DNA from: Lishizhenia sp.
GTDB lineage: Bacteria > Bacteroidota > Bacteroidia > Flavobacteriales_D > Crocinitomicaceae
NCBI RefSeq assembly: GCF_033720595.1
Contig: NZ_JAWWCF010000001.1
Span: forward strand, 1 to 56,345
Direction: 5' to 3'
DNA: 56,345 nt
In this document: positions 47,120-56,345 of the stretch, in pieces
Layout: every line of letters starts with the position of its first letter
Numbering within the stretch: position 1 is the stretch's first letter
Made by a program: the position numbers and the translations under genes
The notes under the pieces: generated by a model
What the model was told of the DNA's origin: nothing
The model's database searches: none
What the model saw: only the letters and a program-made list of their open reading frames with translations

Positions 47120-48454
47120 TTACAGTAATTCTAACATTTTGTCCATTACCTCTGGTTTGTCCCAGTTTTCGTGGATGTTATCCATCTGCATTACTTTTTC
47201 CATGATTCTATTTTTCTCTTCACCACCTTTAAGGGCTTGTGAGTAAGGAATATGACTAAAGGTTACCTCAGAGTATAGTGGCATCCATTTGTCTGGATGT
47301 AATTTAGCAAACTTCTTTTCAATTTTCTTACGCAATAAGAAATCTGGATCTCCAGATAAATCGCGCATTTCAATGTAATTGTACAAAGCCAGATCTGCTA
47401 TAGCATCAGCATCTGGTTTACGAGTAGTACTGAAAGTTTCGAATAATTTATCCCAATCTCCTTCCATCTCATTGTACATGTTGTGGAATACAGTACAATC
47501 TTCGAAACCAGAGTTCATTCCCTGTCCGTAGAAAGGAACAATAGCGTGAGAAGCATCTCCTAAAATCAATACTTTATCATCGTAGTTCCATGGACTACAT
47601 CTTACCGTAACTAAAGTAGAAGTTGGATTCTCGAAGTAATCTTCTACCAAGGTTGGCATGTGAGGTACAGCGTCTGGGAAAGTCTTCTGGAAGAAGTCCA
47701 TTACTTGCTCCTCTGTTTTGATCGTATCAAACGAAAGCTCTCCTTTCATTGGGAAGAACAGCGTACATGTGAAGCTCCCATCCATATTTGGAAGTGCAAT
47801 CATCATGAATTCACCTCTTGGCCATATGTGTAAAGCATCGTTAGCGATACGGTGTGTTCCATCCTCATTCGGCGGAATAACCAATTCTTTGTATCCGTGA
47901 GAAAGGTATTCTTGCGAATAGTTGAACATTGGAGTTTTTTGCAAACGCGAACGTACTGCAGAGAATGCTCCATCTGTTCCAAAAATTTGGTCGTAAGTAT
48001 ATTCTTCTTTCTTGTTCTCCTCTGTATTTAGAAAAGAGATAGTGTTTGATTTTAAATCAATGTCTAAACACTTTCTGTTGAAACGGTAAGTAATGTTTGG
48101 GTAATCATCCGCCAAATTCATGAGCTTCTGATTTAAACCTCCACGCGATACAGAGTAGATTGCTTCTCCGTTTAATCCGTAAGGAAGGTCAGATAAATTC
48201 CCTTCAACATCGTGCATTTTTCTACCGTACATCGGTAAAGACATTTTCTTAATTTCATCTGAAATGCCAGCTAATTCTAAAGCTCTCCAACCTCTATCTG
48301 ATAAAGCTAAATTGATAGACCTTCCACCAATCTCATCCGCCTTACGCAAATCGGGTCTACGTTCGAACACATCCACTTGGTAGCCTTTTTTTGCCATTAA
48401 GATGGCTTGTAAGCTTCCCACTAAACCTGCTCCTACTATTGCAATTTTTTTCAT
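47120..48454 (-). CDS. kmo: Kynurenine 3-monooxygenase
   Basis: GAGLVG, GRSINLALS.RG, DGAFSAVR, LHIWPR, GDA.HAIVPFYGQGMN.GFED; in an operon with kynU. Confidence 0.95.
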   Translation of the reverse strand: MKKIAIVGAGLVGSLQAILMAKKGYQVDVFERRPDLRKADEIGGRSINLALSDRGWRALELAGISDEIKKMSLPMYGRKMHDVEGNLSDLPYGLNGEAIYSVSRGGLNQKLMNLADDYPNITYRFNRKCLDIDLKSNTISFLNTEENKKEEYTYDQIFGTDGAFSAVRSRLQKTPMFNYSQEYLSHGYKELVIPPNEDGTHRIANDALHIWPRGEFMMIALPNMDGSFTCTLFFPMKGELSFDTIKTEEQVMDFFQKTFPDAVPHMPTLVEDYFENPTSTLVTVRCSPWNYDDKVLILGDASHAIVPFYGQGMNSGFEDCTVFHNMYNEMEGDWDKLFETFSTTRKPDADAIADLALYNYIEMRDLSGDPDFLLRKKIEKKFAKLHPDKWMPLYSEVTFSHIPYSQALKGGEEKNRIMEKVMQMDNIHENWDKPEVMDKMLELL

Positions 48455-48492
48455 AGTTCTATAGTCAAAGATGTTTTACAAACATCCATTGT

Positions 48493-48702
48493 TTATTTTC
48501 TCCACTTTGTTTCGTAGCGTTCACGTGAAAACATATTGTCAGCACGCTTTGCTTTTTTTCTGTTGTGTACAGCGGCCATTCCACGCCAAACTACGATACC
48601 AAAAATCAATACAGCAATGGCCTGTACAATAATTTCTATGTATTCAGCCTCATTGTTAATTGCCCCAGAAAACCGGGTTTGTATCAATTCTTGGATATTC
48701 AT
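48493..48702 (-). CDS. Small single-TM hypothetical protein
   Basis: 69 aa, one hydrophobic helix and a basic tail; starts 1 nt after the kynU stop. Confidence 0.7.
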   Translation of the reverse strand: MNIQELIQTRFSGAINNEAEYIEIIVQAIAVLIFGIVVWRGMAAVHNRKKAKRADNMFSRERYETKWRK

Positions 48703-48703
48703 T

Positions 48704-49978
48704 TTACTGTATACTTTCTTCTAAAATTCTTCCGAAGTTGAATACGTCTTCGTAAGTGTTGTATAAAGGAGCTGGAGCAACACGAATTACGTTCGGTTCT
48801 CTCCAATCGGCAACTACACCTCTTTCTGTCATGGCATCAAACAAAGCTTTTCCTTGTCCGTGCGCTAAAATAGAAAGCTGAGCTCCTCTCTTTGTTTTAT
48901 CTCGAGGTGTAATAATTTCGAAAGTAGCGTTTTCGTTACGTGCAGAAATCTCATCGATAACAAACTCTAAGTAAGCTGTTAAATCATCGCGTTTCGCACA
49001 TAGTTTCTCCATTCCTACTTCGTCGAAAATATCTAAAGACGCAAGGTGAGCAGCCATTCCTAAAACAGGAGCATTACTCAACTGCCATCCTTCTGCACCT
49101 TTCATAGGGTTGAAACCAGGTTCCATTTGGAAACGCGTTTCTTTATCATATCCCCACCATCCCGCGAAACGTGGCAATTCTGGTTTGTACTCATGACGTT
49201 CATGCACGAAAATTCCAGAAACTCCACCTGGAGAAGAGTTTAAGTATTTGTAAGTACACCAAGCGGCAAAATCTACTCCCCAATCGTGTAACTTTAAATG
49301 AATGTTACCTGCAGCGTGTGCTAAATCGAAACCACAGATGGCACCAACAGCATGCGCTTTTTCAGTGATGGTTTTCATGTCGAACAACTGTCCAGTATAG
49401 TAGTTTACACCACCAATCATAACTAAAGCAAGCTCATCACCAACTTCTTCGATTTTTGCATAGATATCTTCTTCTCTGATCAAGTGTTCACCTTCACGAG
49501 GTGCAACCTCCACCAAGTCCGTTTGTGGATCTAATCCATGGAATTTAACTTGAGACTCCAAAGCGTATTGGTCAGATGGGAAAGCTTTTGCCTCACAAAT
49601 GATTTTCTTACGCTTACCTTCTGGACGGTAAAAACTTACCATCAAAAGGTGAAGGTTTGTAGTTAATGAGTGTGTTATCACGACCTCTTTAGGAAGAGCA
49701 CCCACTACTTTAGCTGCTTTTTCTGTTAAGAACTCATGGTATTCGAACCAAGGCTTTTCAGCGTAGAAGTGACCTTCAACACCCCACTTAGCCCAATCGT
49801 TAAGTTCTCTTTCTATGTATTCTTTGGTTGTTTTGGGTTGTAGCCCAAGAGAGTTCCCAGTAAAGTAAACCACATCCTCACGGAAGTTTGGAATGTAGAA
49901 TTGGGTTCTGTATTTATTTAATTCGTCTTTCGCGTCTTTCTCTCTCGCAAATTCTAAGCTATTCGTATAGTTCGTCAT
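48704..49978 (-). CDS. kynU: Kynureninase
   Basis: [32 protein letters not shown] (PLP Lys), GWWG, DWREP. Confidence 0.96.
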   Translation of the reverse strand: MTNYTNSLEFAREKDAKDELNKYRTQFYIPNFREDVVYFTGNSLGLQPKTTKEYIERELNDWAKWGVEGHFYAEKPWFEYHEFLTEKAAKVVGALPKEVVITHSLTTNLHLLMVSFYRPEGKRKKIICEAKAFPSDQYALESQVKFHGLDPQTDLVEVAPREGEHLIREEDIYAKIEEVGDELALVMIGGVNYYTGQLFDMKTITEKAHAVGAICGFDLAHAAGNIHLKLHDWGVDFAAWCTYKYLNSSPGGVSGIFVHERHEYKPELPRFAGWWGYDKETRFQMEPGFNPMKGAEGWQLSNAPVLGMAAHLASLDIFDEVGMEKLCAKRDDLTAYLEFVIDEISARNENATFEIITPRDKTKRGAQLSILAHGQGKALFDAMTERGVVADWREPNVIRVAPAPLYNTYEDVFNFGRILEESIQ

Positions 49979-50142
49979 TGTATTTTATGTTCTTCAAGAA
50001 TGGCTTGCAATTTAACAAAAAAGAAGGTTTTATCAAGTGATATATGTCAATATGATGGGGGTGTGAAATCCTTAATACTCCAATTTAGTCGGTAGAATTG
50101 CAGAGACTCACGAATTGGAAGGATAGTCGATGCCATTTTAAC

Positions 50143-50173
50143 AAAAAAATCCCCCAGCCGAAACCAGGGGATT
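50143..50173 (-). terminator. Intrinsic terminator of the M23 peptidase gene
   Basis: Minus strand AATCCCCTGG...CTGGGGGATTTTTTT. Confidence 0.75.
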
Positions 50174-50198
50174 CAATAAATTTTCATCTATTTGAGTA

Positions 50199-51485
50199 TT
50201 ACTCCATACCTACGCGAGATGGGGCAATCGTTAAACTATCTAATTCAGATTTCAAGGGTTCAATAAAGGTTAAGTAATCCGGTATCAATTCTTTCTTCAT
50301 AGGTTCAGACTGAGGGAATTTCTGTGCTCTGTGATCTACTTGTCTACCATTTTTCCAAAAACGGTAGCATACGTGTGGACCCGTTGCAGCTCCAGTTGAA
50401 CCAACGTATCCGATAACATCACCTTGTTTTACGCGTACACCCGGACGAATTCCTTTGGCAAATTTTTGCATGTGTAAGTACTGTGTTTCATAAGTGGCGT
50501 TGTGACGAATTTTAACGTAATTCCCATTTCCTCCAGATCTAGAAGCTTTGGTTACCGTACCGTCAGCTGTACTTAAAATAGGGGTTCCATAAGGTGCTGC
50601 ATAATCTGTCCCTTTATGTGCTTTTACACGTTTGTAAATAGGGTGAAATCTTCTTAGGTTGTATGCCGAAGTCATACGTGCAAATTTCACGGGCGACATT
50701 AAGAAGGGACGTTTCATTTCCTTACCTTCTTCATTGTAATAGCCTGTTTCCATGTTGGTAGAGTCTGTAGTATATCTAAAAGAGTACATACCTTCTCCAC
50801 TGTGCTTAAACCAAATTCCAATGATATCACCTATTCCGTAAGCTTCACCTTCTATGCTTTTTTGTTCGTAGACCACTTTGAACTGATCTCCGGCTTGAAG
50901 CTTAAAGAAGTCAATGCTCCATGCAAAGATGTTTTCGAAGGCTTCTGCTAATGCCGCTGTAGTTCCAAAATCGTTTATTTGTTCGTCTATAGCCAAGGTA
51001 AGGTTAGAGTTCTGAACAATTTCTCCAGTTAACGTCTCTCGATTTACTTTAATATCTCGGTAATGTTTCTCAACGCTCAGACTATCTCCAAAATTGAATA
51101 CATAATAACTTTCTATGTTGGCTTCATAGATTAAATGTTGTGCGCGGTTATTTGTATCTCCTTTTCTAACAAGAACAACGAAAGGATCATTATAATTCAC
51201 ATAATCTAAACCAACGGCAGAGTCACCGGCCATTTCTGCAATGGTGTTAATGCTATACTGGTCAATTCCATAAGGTAGAAGCATGTGACTCATGGTCCAA
51301 TTCATTTTTACCGTATCATGGTATACATCGAATTCGTTTAAATCGAAGCCGTACTTCATGTTTTTAGGAAGCTCAACAACAGTATCTTTTATTGCTGTTT
51401 TTTGTGCTGAATTATTTGCTTTCTCTTCTTTTCCTCCACAGGCTACCAATAAAGCCGTTATACCTATAACAAATATTTTTTTCAT
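50199..51485 (-). CDS. M23-family peptidoglycan DD-endopeptidase (MepM-like) lipoprotein
   Basis: Lipobox LVAC, H.GTDYAA (HxxxD), YLHM, TGPHV (HxH-like); start ATG 51485. Confidence 0.92.
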   Translation of the reverse strand: MKKIFVIGITALLVACGGKEEKANNSAQKTAIKDTVVELPKNMKYGFDLNEFDVYHDTVKMNWTMSHMLLPYGIDQYSINTIAEMAGDSAVGLDYVNYNDPFVVLVRKGDTNNRAQHLIYEANIESYYVFNFGDSLSVEKHYRDIKVNRETLTGEIVQNSNLTLAIDEQINDFGTTAALAEAFENIFAWSIDFFKLQAGDQFKVVYEQKSIEGEAYGIGDIIGIWFKHSGEGMYSFRYTTDSTNMETGYYNEEGKEMKRPFLMSPVKFARMTSAYNLRRFHPIYKRVKAHKGTDYAAPYGTPILSTADGTVTKASRSGGNGNYVKIRHNATYETQYLHMQKFAKGIRPGVRVKQGDVIGYVGSTGAATGPHVCYRFWKNGRQVDHRAQKFPQSEPMKKELIPDYLTFIEPLKSELDSLTIAPSRVGME

Positions 51486-51751
51486 CCTCTGTACTTGTAC
51501 TATTTTGTGTTTTTGCTCCAAGGAGAATCCTCAAAAGCAATGCTTGCAAATGTAATGAACTCTTCTTGAAACACTTTCTAAAAGAGCAATGAGCTTTGTA
51601 AATAATGTGAAAAGTAACTTTAATAAAGTTGAAGGATTGTGTTTTTCCAGGAATTTACTCACGAAGTTCTTGCTAAAAATAGAGTTTAGATGGTGCTCTA
51701 ATTCTACCAATTGTTTAATTTTGCCCACGCGTATAAATTACATAGAAAAAG

Positions 51752-53026
51752 ATGAAAGTTTTAATATTAGGATCTGGAGGTAGAGAGCATGCATTTGCCT
51801 GGAAAATTGCACAAAGTAGTCATTTAGATGAATTGTACATAGCACCGGGAAATGCTGGAACTAAAGAGTTAGGAACTAACGTGAATATTTCAGTTACTGA
51901 TTTTGAAGCAATCAAAACTTTTGTGATTGAAAACGTAATAGAAATGGTTGTTGTTGGTCCTGAAGATCCTTTGGTACAAGGGATTTCAGATTTCTTTGCT
52001 GCAGATGATGCGTTGAAAGGAGTTTATGTAATCGGACCAAACAAAGAGGCTGCTCAATTAGAGGGATCGAAAGATTTCGCCAAGGAGTTTATGATGCGTC
52101 ATAATATACCAACAGCGAAGTACAAGACCTTTACAAAAGATACTTTGGAAGAAGGGAAAGCATTTTTAGCCTCGTTAAAGGCACCTTATGTATTAAAGGC
52201 AGATGGATTAGCTGCAGGTAAGGGTGTTTTGATTTTGGAAACTTTAGATGAAGCTCAGCAAGAATTGGAAAGCATGTTGAGTGATGCGAAATTCGGAGAT
52301 GCTTCTTCTCGTGTAGTTATTGAAGAGTTCTTAACAGGTGTTGAGATGTCAACATTTGTATTGAGTGACGGTGATGGGTTTAAAGTATTGCCAGAGGCAA
52401 AAGATTACAAGAGAATTGGTGAAGGTGATACAGGTTTAAATACAGGTGGAATGGGAGCTGTTTCTCCAGTGCCATTTGCCGCTTCAGGATTTTCTGATAA
52501 AGTATTGAACCAAGTTATTATTCCTACAATTAAAGGGTTAAAAGCGGATGGAATCGAGTACAGAGGATTCATTTTCATTGGTTTGATCAATGTAAAAGGT
52601 GAGCCATTTGTTATCGAGTATAACTGTAGAATGGGTGATCCTGAAACAGAGGTTGTTTTACCGCGTTTGAAGTCTGACTTACTAGACTTATTTGAAGGTG
52701 TAGGAACACAGACTTTATCTGAAAGAGACGTGGAAATAGATCCAAGAACAGCTACAACTGTGATGATGGTTTCTGGAGGGTATCCAGAGGCTTATGAAAA
52801 AGGAAAAGCGATTTACGGATTGAACGCTGTTCAAGATAGTATCGTATTCCACGCAGGAACAAAAGCTGATGGTCCGGCAGTAACGACAGCTGGAGGAAGA
52901 GTTTTAGCTGTTACAAGTTACGGTAAAGACATGGAATCTGCTCTTGAAAAGTCGTACGAGAATATTCAAAAAATAGAATTTGAAAAGTCGTACTACAGAA
53001 AAGACATAGGATTCGATTTAAAATAG
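51752..53026 (+). CDS. purD: Phosphoribosylamine--glycine ligase
   Basis: GSGGREHA, APGNAG, VGPE.PL, LEGSK.FAK, KADGLAAGKGV, NTGGMG, EYNCR.GDPE; -7 element at 51716-51723. Confidence 0.97.
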   Translation: MKVLILGSGGREHAFAWKIAQSSHLDELYIAPGNAGTKELGTNVNISVTDFEAIKTFVIENVIEMVVVGPEDPLVQGISDFFAADDALKGVYVIGPNKEAAQLEGSKDFAKEFMMRHNIPTAKYKTFTKDTLEEGKAFLASLKAPYVLKADGLAAGKGVLILETLDEAQQELESMLSDAKFGDASSRVVIEEFLTGVEMSTFVLSDGDGFKVLPEAKDYKRIGEGDTGLNTGGMGAVSPVPFAASGFSDKVLNQVIIPTIKGLKADGIEYRGFIFIGLINVKGEPFVIEYNCRMGDPETEVVLPRLKSDLLDLFEGVGTQTLSERDVEIDPRTATTVMMVSGGYPEAYEKGKAIYGLNAVQDSIVFHAGTKADGPAVTTAGGRVLAVTSYGKDMESALEKSYENIQKIEFEKSYYRKDIGFDLK

Positions 53027-53046
53027 ATTGATTAATAATTGATAAT

Positions 53047-53082
53047 AAACGAATGGTAGCGCACTGTTGCCATTCGTTTTTT
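53047..53082 (+). terminator. Intrinsic terminator of purD
   Basis: AAACGAATGGTAGC...GTTGCCATTCGTTTTTT. Confidence 0.8.
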
Positions 53083-53182
53083 GTTTTATAAAAGAGGATA
53101 TTTTACGCACCCCGATGTGGATTAAATATTTATAAGGTGGGTTTAAGCTGCCATTAATTTTATTAAATTCGGGTTTTAACAG

Positions 53183-54439
53183 ATGGAATCATATACCATA
53201 TTTTTCATTATAGGAACACTTATCGCTTCTGCCTTTTTCTCAGGTATGGAGATTGCTTTTGTATCGGCCAATAAGTTGAAAATTGAGCTAGATAGAACCA
53301 AGGGTAATATCAGTGGTAAAATTTTAGGTCGTTTTGTACAATACGATGCCAACTTTATCGCGGCCATGTTATTGGGTAATAATATTGCCCTTGTAATATA
53401 TGGTATACAAATGGCGAAACTAATCGAAGCTCCCTTAGAAGCTATGATGGGAGAGAGTGCTTGGGTACTTTTGGTGCAAACCATAGTTTCAACATTGCTC
53501 ATACTGGTTACCGCCGAGTTTTTACCCAAAGCTATATTTCAAATTAACCCCAATAGAATTTTAAAATTTGCGGCTATACCGCTTGTGATTATCTATTACA
53601 TACTCTTTATTCCAACTCAGTTTACCATGTTGTTGAGCAATGGTTTGTTGCGCTTGTTTAGAGTAAAGTCAGATAACGGAAGCAATGTGTTTTCAAAGGT
53701 TGATTTAGATCATTATGTGCGTGATTTGAATGAGCGAATGGAGGATGAAGACGAATTGGGTAATGAAATGCAAATTCTTCAGAATGCATTAAATTTTGGA
53801 AATGTAAAGGCAAGAGACTGTATGATACCGCGTACAGAAATTGTAGCCGTGGATGTTGAGGATGATATTCAACATTTGAGTGAACTTTTTGTTGAAACAG
53901 GTTTGTCGAAAATCCTAATCTATAGAGACAACATAGATAATGTGATAGGATACTCACATAGTTTTGAATTGTTTAAACACCCAAAACGCATCAAAGACAT
54001 CTTAATACCTATCAGCTTTGTTCCAGAGGCGGTTCCGGGTAAAGAACTCTTAGAATTGTTTACAAAACAACAAGGAAATATTGCTGTAGTTGTGGATGAG
54101 TTCGGTGGAACTTCTGGTGTTGTGACCATAGAAGATGTTATTGAAGAAATCTTTGGAGATATTGAAGATGAGCACGATGCGGATGAGTTATTGGAGGAGC
54201 AAATAGATGAACACACGTATAGATTTTCTGCAAGAACAGATATCGATTGGTTGAATGAGAAATATGATTTTGACTTCGAAGAGTCTGCAGAGTATGAAAC
54301 ACTTGGAGGATTAATCTTGAATCGAATTGCATCTATACCAGAAGAAGGAGATGAGGTCGAATTGAACAATTATAAGTTCATCATCGAGGAGGTATCTGAT
54401 CGAAGAATTGAAGTGGTGAGAATAGAAATAAAAGATTAA
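53183..54439 (+). CDS. Hemolysin-family CNNM/CBS/CorC protein
   Basis: SAFFSGMEIAF DUF21 start, AEFLPK, CBS pair (VVDEFGGTSG.VT.ED..EEI.G), CorC_HlyC end (YETLGG). Confidence 0.93.
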   Translation: MESYTIFFIIGTLIASAFFSGMEIAFVSANKLKIELDRTKGNISGKILGRFVQYDANFIAAMLLGNNIALVIYGIQMAKLIEAPLEAMMGESAWVLLVQTIVSTLLILVTAEFLPKAIFQINPNRILKFAAIPLVIIYYILFIPTQFTMLLSNGLLRLFRVKSDNGSNVFSKVDLDHYVRDLNERMEDEDELGNEMQILQNALNFGNVKARDCMIPRTEIVAVDVEDDIQHLSELFVETGLSKILIYRDNIDNVIGYSHSFELFKHPKRIKDILIPISFVPEAVPGKELLELFTKQQGNIAVVVDEFGGTSGVVTIEDVIEEIFGDIEDEHDADELLEEQIDEHTYRFSARTDIDWLNEKYDFDFEESAEYETLGGLILNRIASIPEEGDEVELNNYKFIIEEVSDRRIEVVRIEIKD

Positions 54440-54656
54440 TTCTTAAGAGCTAATCGGTTATTACGACGACCAATTTTTTATGTTTTTGCTGAATATCCGC
54501 CTTTCTTCCGAATTCCTATTTTCTTGATAAATTTTTGTAATTAGAACGGTATTGGAAGGGAATCTACGCTCTTTTTCGATGTGTCTATGCGAAGTTTTTT
54601 AAAGGTCGGCAATAAAGCGGATACTCATAAACATTCCTTTATTTTTTAATTTTTTT

Positions 54657-54799
54657 GGCTTAGGGATAGCAGCGGCAGCCCACAAAAAGCACTGTTTTAT
54701 GTGTGTAATTTGGGGGCAAGCGACCTAAGAAGCTTGTTGACGAATACACAAAATAACACTGCTTTTGAGGACTAAAGTGAATAGCCCGTACAAGCCCCG
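54657..54799 (+). repeat. Structured ~145-nt dispersed element, copy H
   Basis: GGCTTAGGGATAGCAGCGGCAG...GACCTAAGAA...CTAAAGTGAATAGCCC..AAGCC. Confidence 0.85.
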
Positions 54800-54973
54800 A
54801 TAGCTTCTTCTGCAAACATATTATTTCTTACTTAGGCACTCAATATGAGGAGTTAAGCGTAAAGGGTGTAAACAAATGCAGCTTATAAACTGAAAACTCT
54901 AAAATACTGGGGGGAGTAGCTTTCATTTATAAATTCATATCATTATATTCGCAACCTTATAGAAAAAGAACAA

Positions 54974-56345
54974 ATGGCTTTAATTGGACAAATTCGCGAG
55001 AAATCGTGGTTATTATTAGTAGTGGTAGGTGTGGCTATGTTGGCCTTCATTTTACCTTGGGACCAAATTTTTAACGGGTCAGCGAGTCGTGGTGAGAACC
55101 TTGGATTTGGTACTGTTAATGGAGAAAGAGTTGATGCTAATGCTTATGAGCAATACAAAAACAACATTGCTCAAAACATGTTCAATAGTAAAAGGCAACA
55201 AGACCCTAACGCTAGTTTAACCGAACAAGATTTAAAAAATGCTGAAACTCAAGCATGGAATGCGTTAGTAGGTAAAATGCTTACTACTGAACAATATGAA
55301 GAGTTAGGATTGATGGTTTCTCCTTACGAATTGGATGGAATTCTTTACGGAAGAAGTGGGTTTGAACCTTCTCCTATCATTCGTCAGGTAGCAGTAGATT
55401 CAAATGGTTTGTTTAACTCGGCAAGAGCACAGCAGATTTTGGATCAATTGCAAATGGAAGATCCTGCAAGATACCAAGCGGTGGTTGATGAAATCAAATT
55501 TAACCGTTTGAACGAAAAGTACATGTCTATGTTGTCTTACGGAGTAAAGGCGACAACTTTGGAGGCGAAGGAAGAATATGAAGCTGGAAAAACAGTGAAG
55601 AATGTTTCTTTCATCTTTAAGCGTTTCAGTGAAATTCCATCGAATGAAATTGAAGTTTCAGAAGATGAGTTAAAGGCATACTACGCAGAACACAAAAACG
55701 AAAAGAAGTACGAGCAACAAGGTACACGTAAAGTTTCTTACTTTACAGTTCCATTAACTCCTTCTGAAGATGATACGATTTCTGCATTGAACAATATGGT
55801 TCAGTTAAAAAACTCTTTTGAGAATGCACAAAACGATACATTGTTTGTACAACAATACATGCAAACACCAACGGTAGAAGCGATTAAATTCTACCCTGAG
55901 GATTCTTACTTGAACCCACAGCAAATGCAACAAGTTTACCCTGCAGAGATGACAAATTTAGCAGTGGGAGATATTGTTGGACCAATTAGTACTTCAACTT
56001 TTATTGGTGTTGCTAAGGTAAAAGAGATTGAAGAGCAAAAACAAGCGCACGTTCGTCACATCTTGATTTCTGCAAACAAGAATGACGAAGATGCTTATGC
56101 TGCTGCTAAAGTGAAAGCGGATAGCATCATGAATGTGATTAAGGAGCAAGACAACTACGTTGAAATGGAAGCTCAATTCAATGAGGATCCAGGAGGGAAA
56201 ATGAACCACGGAGTTTACAAAAACTTCCCAGAAGGTGTTATGGTTCCTGAATTTAATGATTTTGCATTCAACGAGCCAGTTGGAACTATTGGAGTTGTAG
56301 GAACTTCTTACGGTTACCACGTTGTTGAGGTTGTAGGTAGAAGAA
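54974..56345 (+). CDS. PpiD-like peptidylprolyl isomerase (SurA N-domain + rotamase), truncated by the window end
   Basis: MALIGQIREKSWLLL...AMLAFI membrane anchor, G.VNGE, VRHILIS, MVPEFNDFAF, YGYHVV. Absent from the ORF track, presumably because no stop lies in the window. Confidence 0.9.
   Translation, partial: MALIGQIREKSWLLLVVVGVAMLAFILPWDQIFNGSASRGENLGFGTVNGERVDANAYEQYKNNIAQNMFNSKRQQDPNASLTEQDLKNAETQAWNALVGKMLTTEQYEELGLMVSPYELDGILYGRSGFEPSPIIRQVAVDSNGLFNSARAQQILDQLQMEDPARYQAVVDEIKFNRLNEKYMSMLSYGVKATTLEAKEEYEAGKTVKNVSFIFKRFSEIPSNEIEVSEDELKAYYAEHKNEKKYEQQGTRKVSYFTVPLTPSEDDTISALNNMVQLKNSFENAQNDTLFVQQYMQTPTVEAIKFYPEDSYLNPQQMQQVYPAEMTNLAVGDIVGPISTSTFIGVAKVKEIEEQKQAHVRHILISANKNDEDAYAAAKVKADSIMNVIKEQDNYVEMEAQFNEDPGGKMNHGVYKNFPEGVMVPEFNDFAFNEPVGTIGVVGTSYGYHVVEVVGRR

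Noticed and set aside
53183-54439. Hemolysin toxin or gldE
   Set aside because: The CNNM/CBS/CorC architecture points to ion homeostasis; no gldD is adjacent, so gldE is not supported.

Overview
AT-rich chromosomal segment from a Bacteroidota, most likely a marine Flavobacteriales (inferred from gldH, TAnnTTTG -7 promoter elements, eukaryote-like nrdBA, kynU-kmo and monomeric icd). It holds about 45 CDSs, mostly housekeeping (DEAD helicase, ferritin, icd, kdsB, nrdB/nrdA, ricT-gldH, kynU/kmo, purD, PpiD-like). It also has an accessory-looking block at 1-6.6 kb, a HigBA-type toxin-antitoxin pair, an ECF/FecR signalling cassette with a non-canonical outer-membrane partner, a propeller-adenylate cyclase-HD fusion and a dprA split by a homopolymer frameshift. 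No rRNA, tRNA, CRISPR array, transposase or integrase was recognised. The most striking signals are non-coding. (1) Eight dispersed copies of a structured element (seven of about 145-165 nt, one short) with covarying base pairs, invariant G.A mismatches, highly divergent but still pairing arms and a conserved apical loop. (2) A candidate pseudoknotted RNA of about 115 nt between nrdA and its terminator. (3) REP-like mini-palindromes and period-8 tracts. All family assignments come from motif recognition by eye; no database searches were run.
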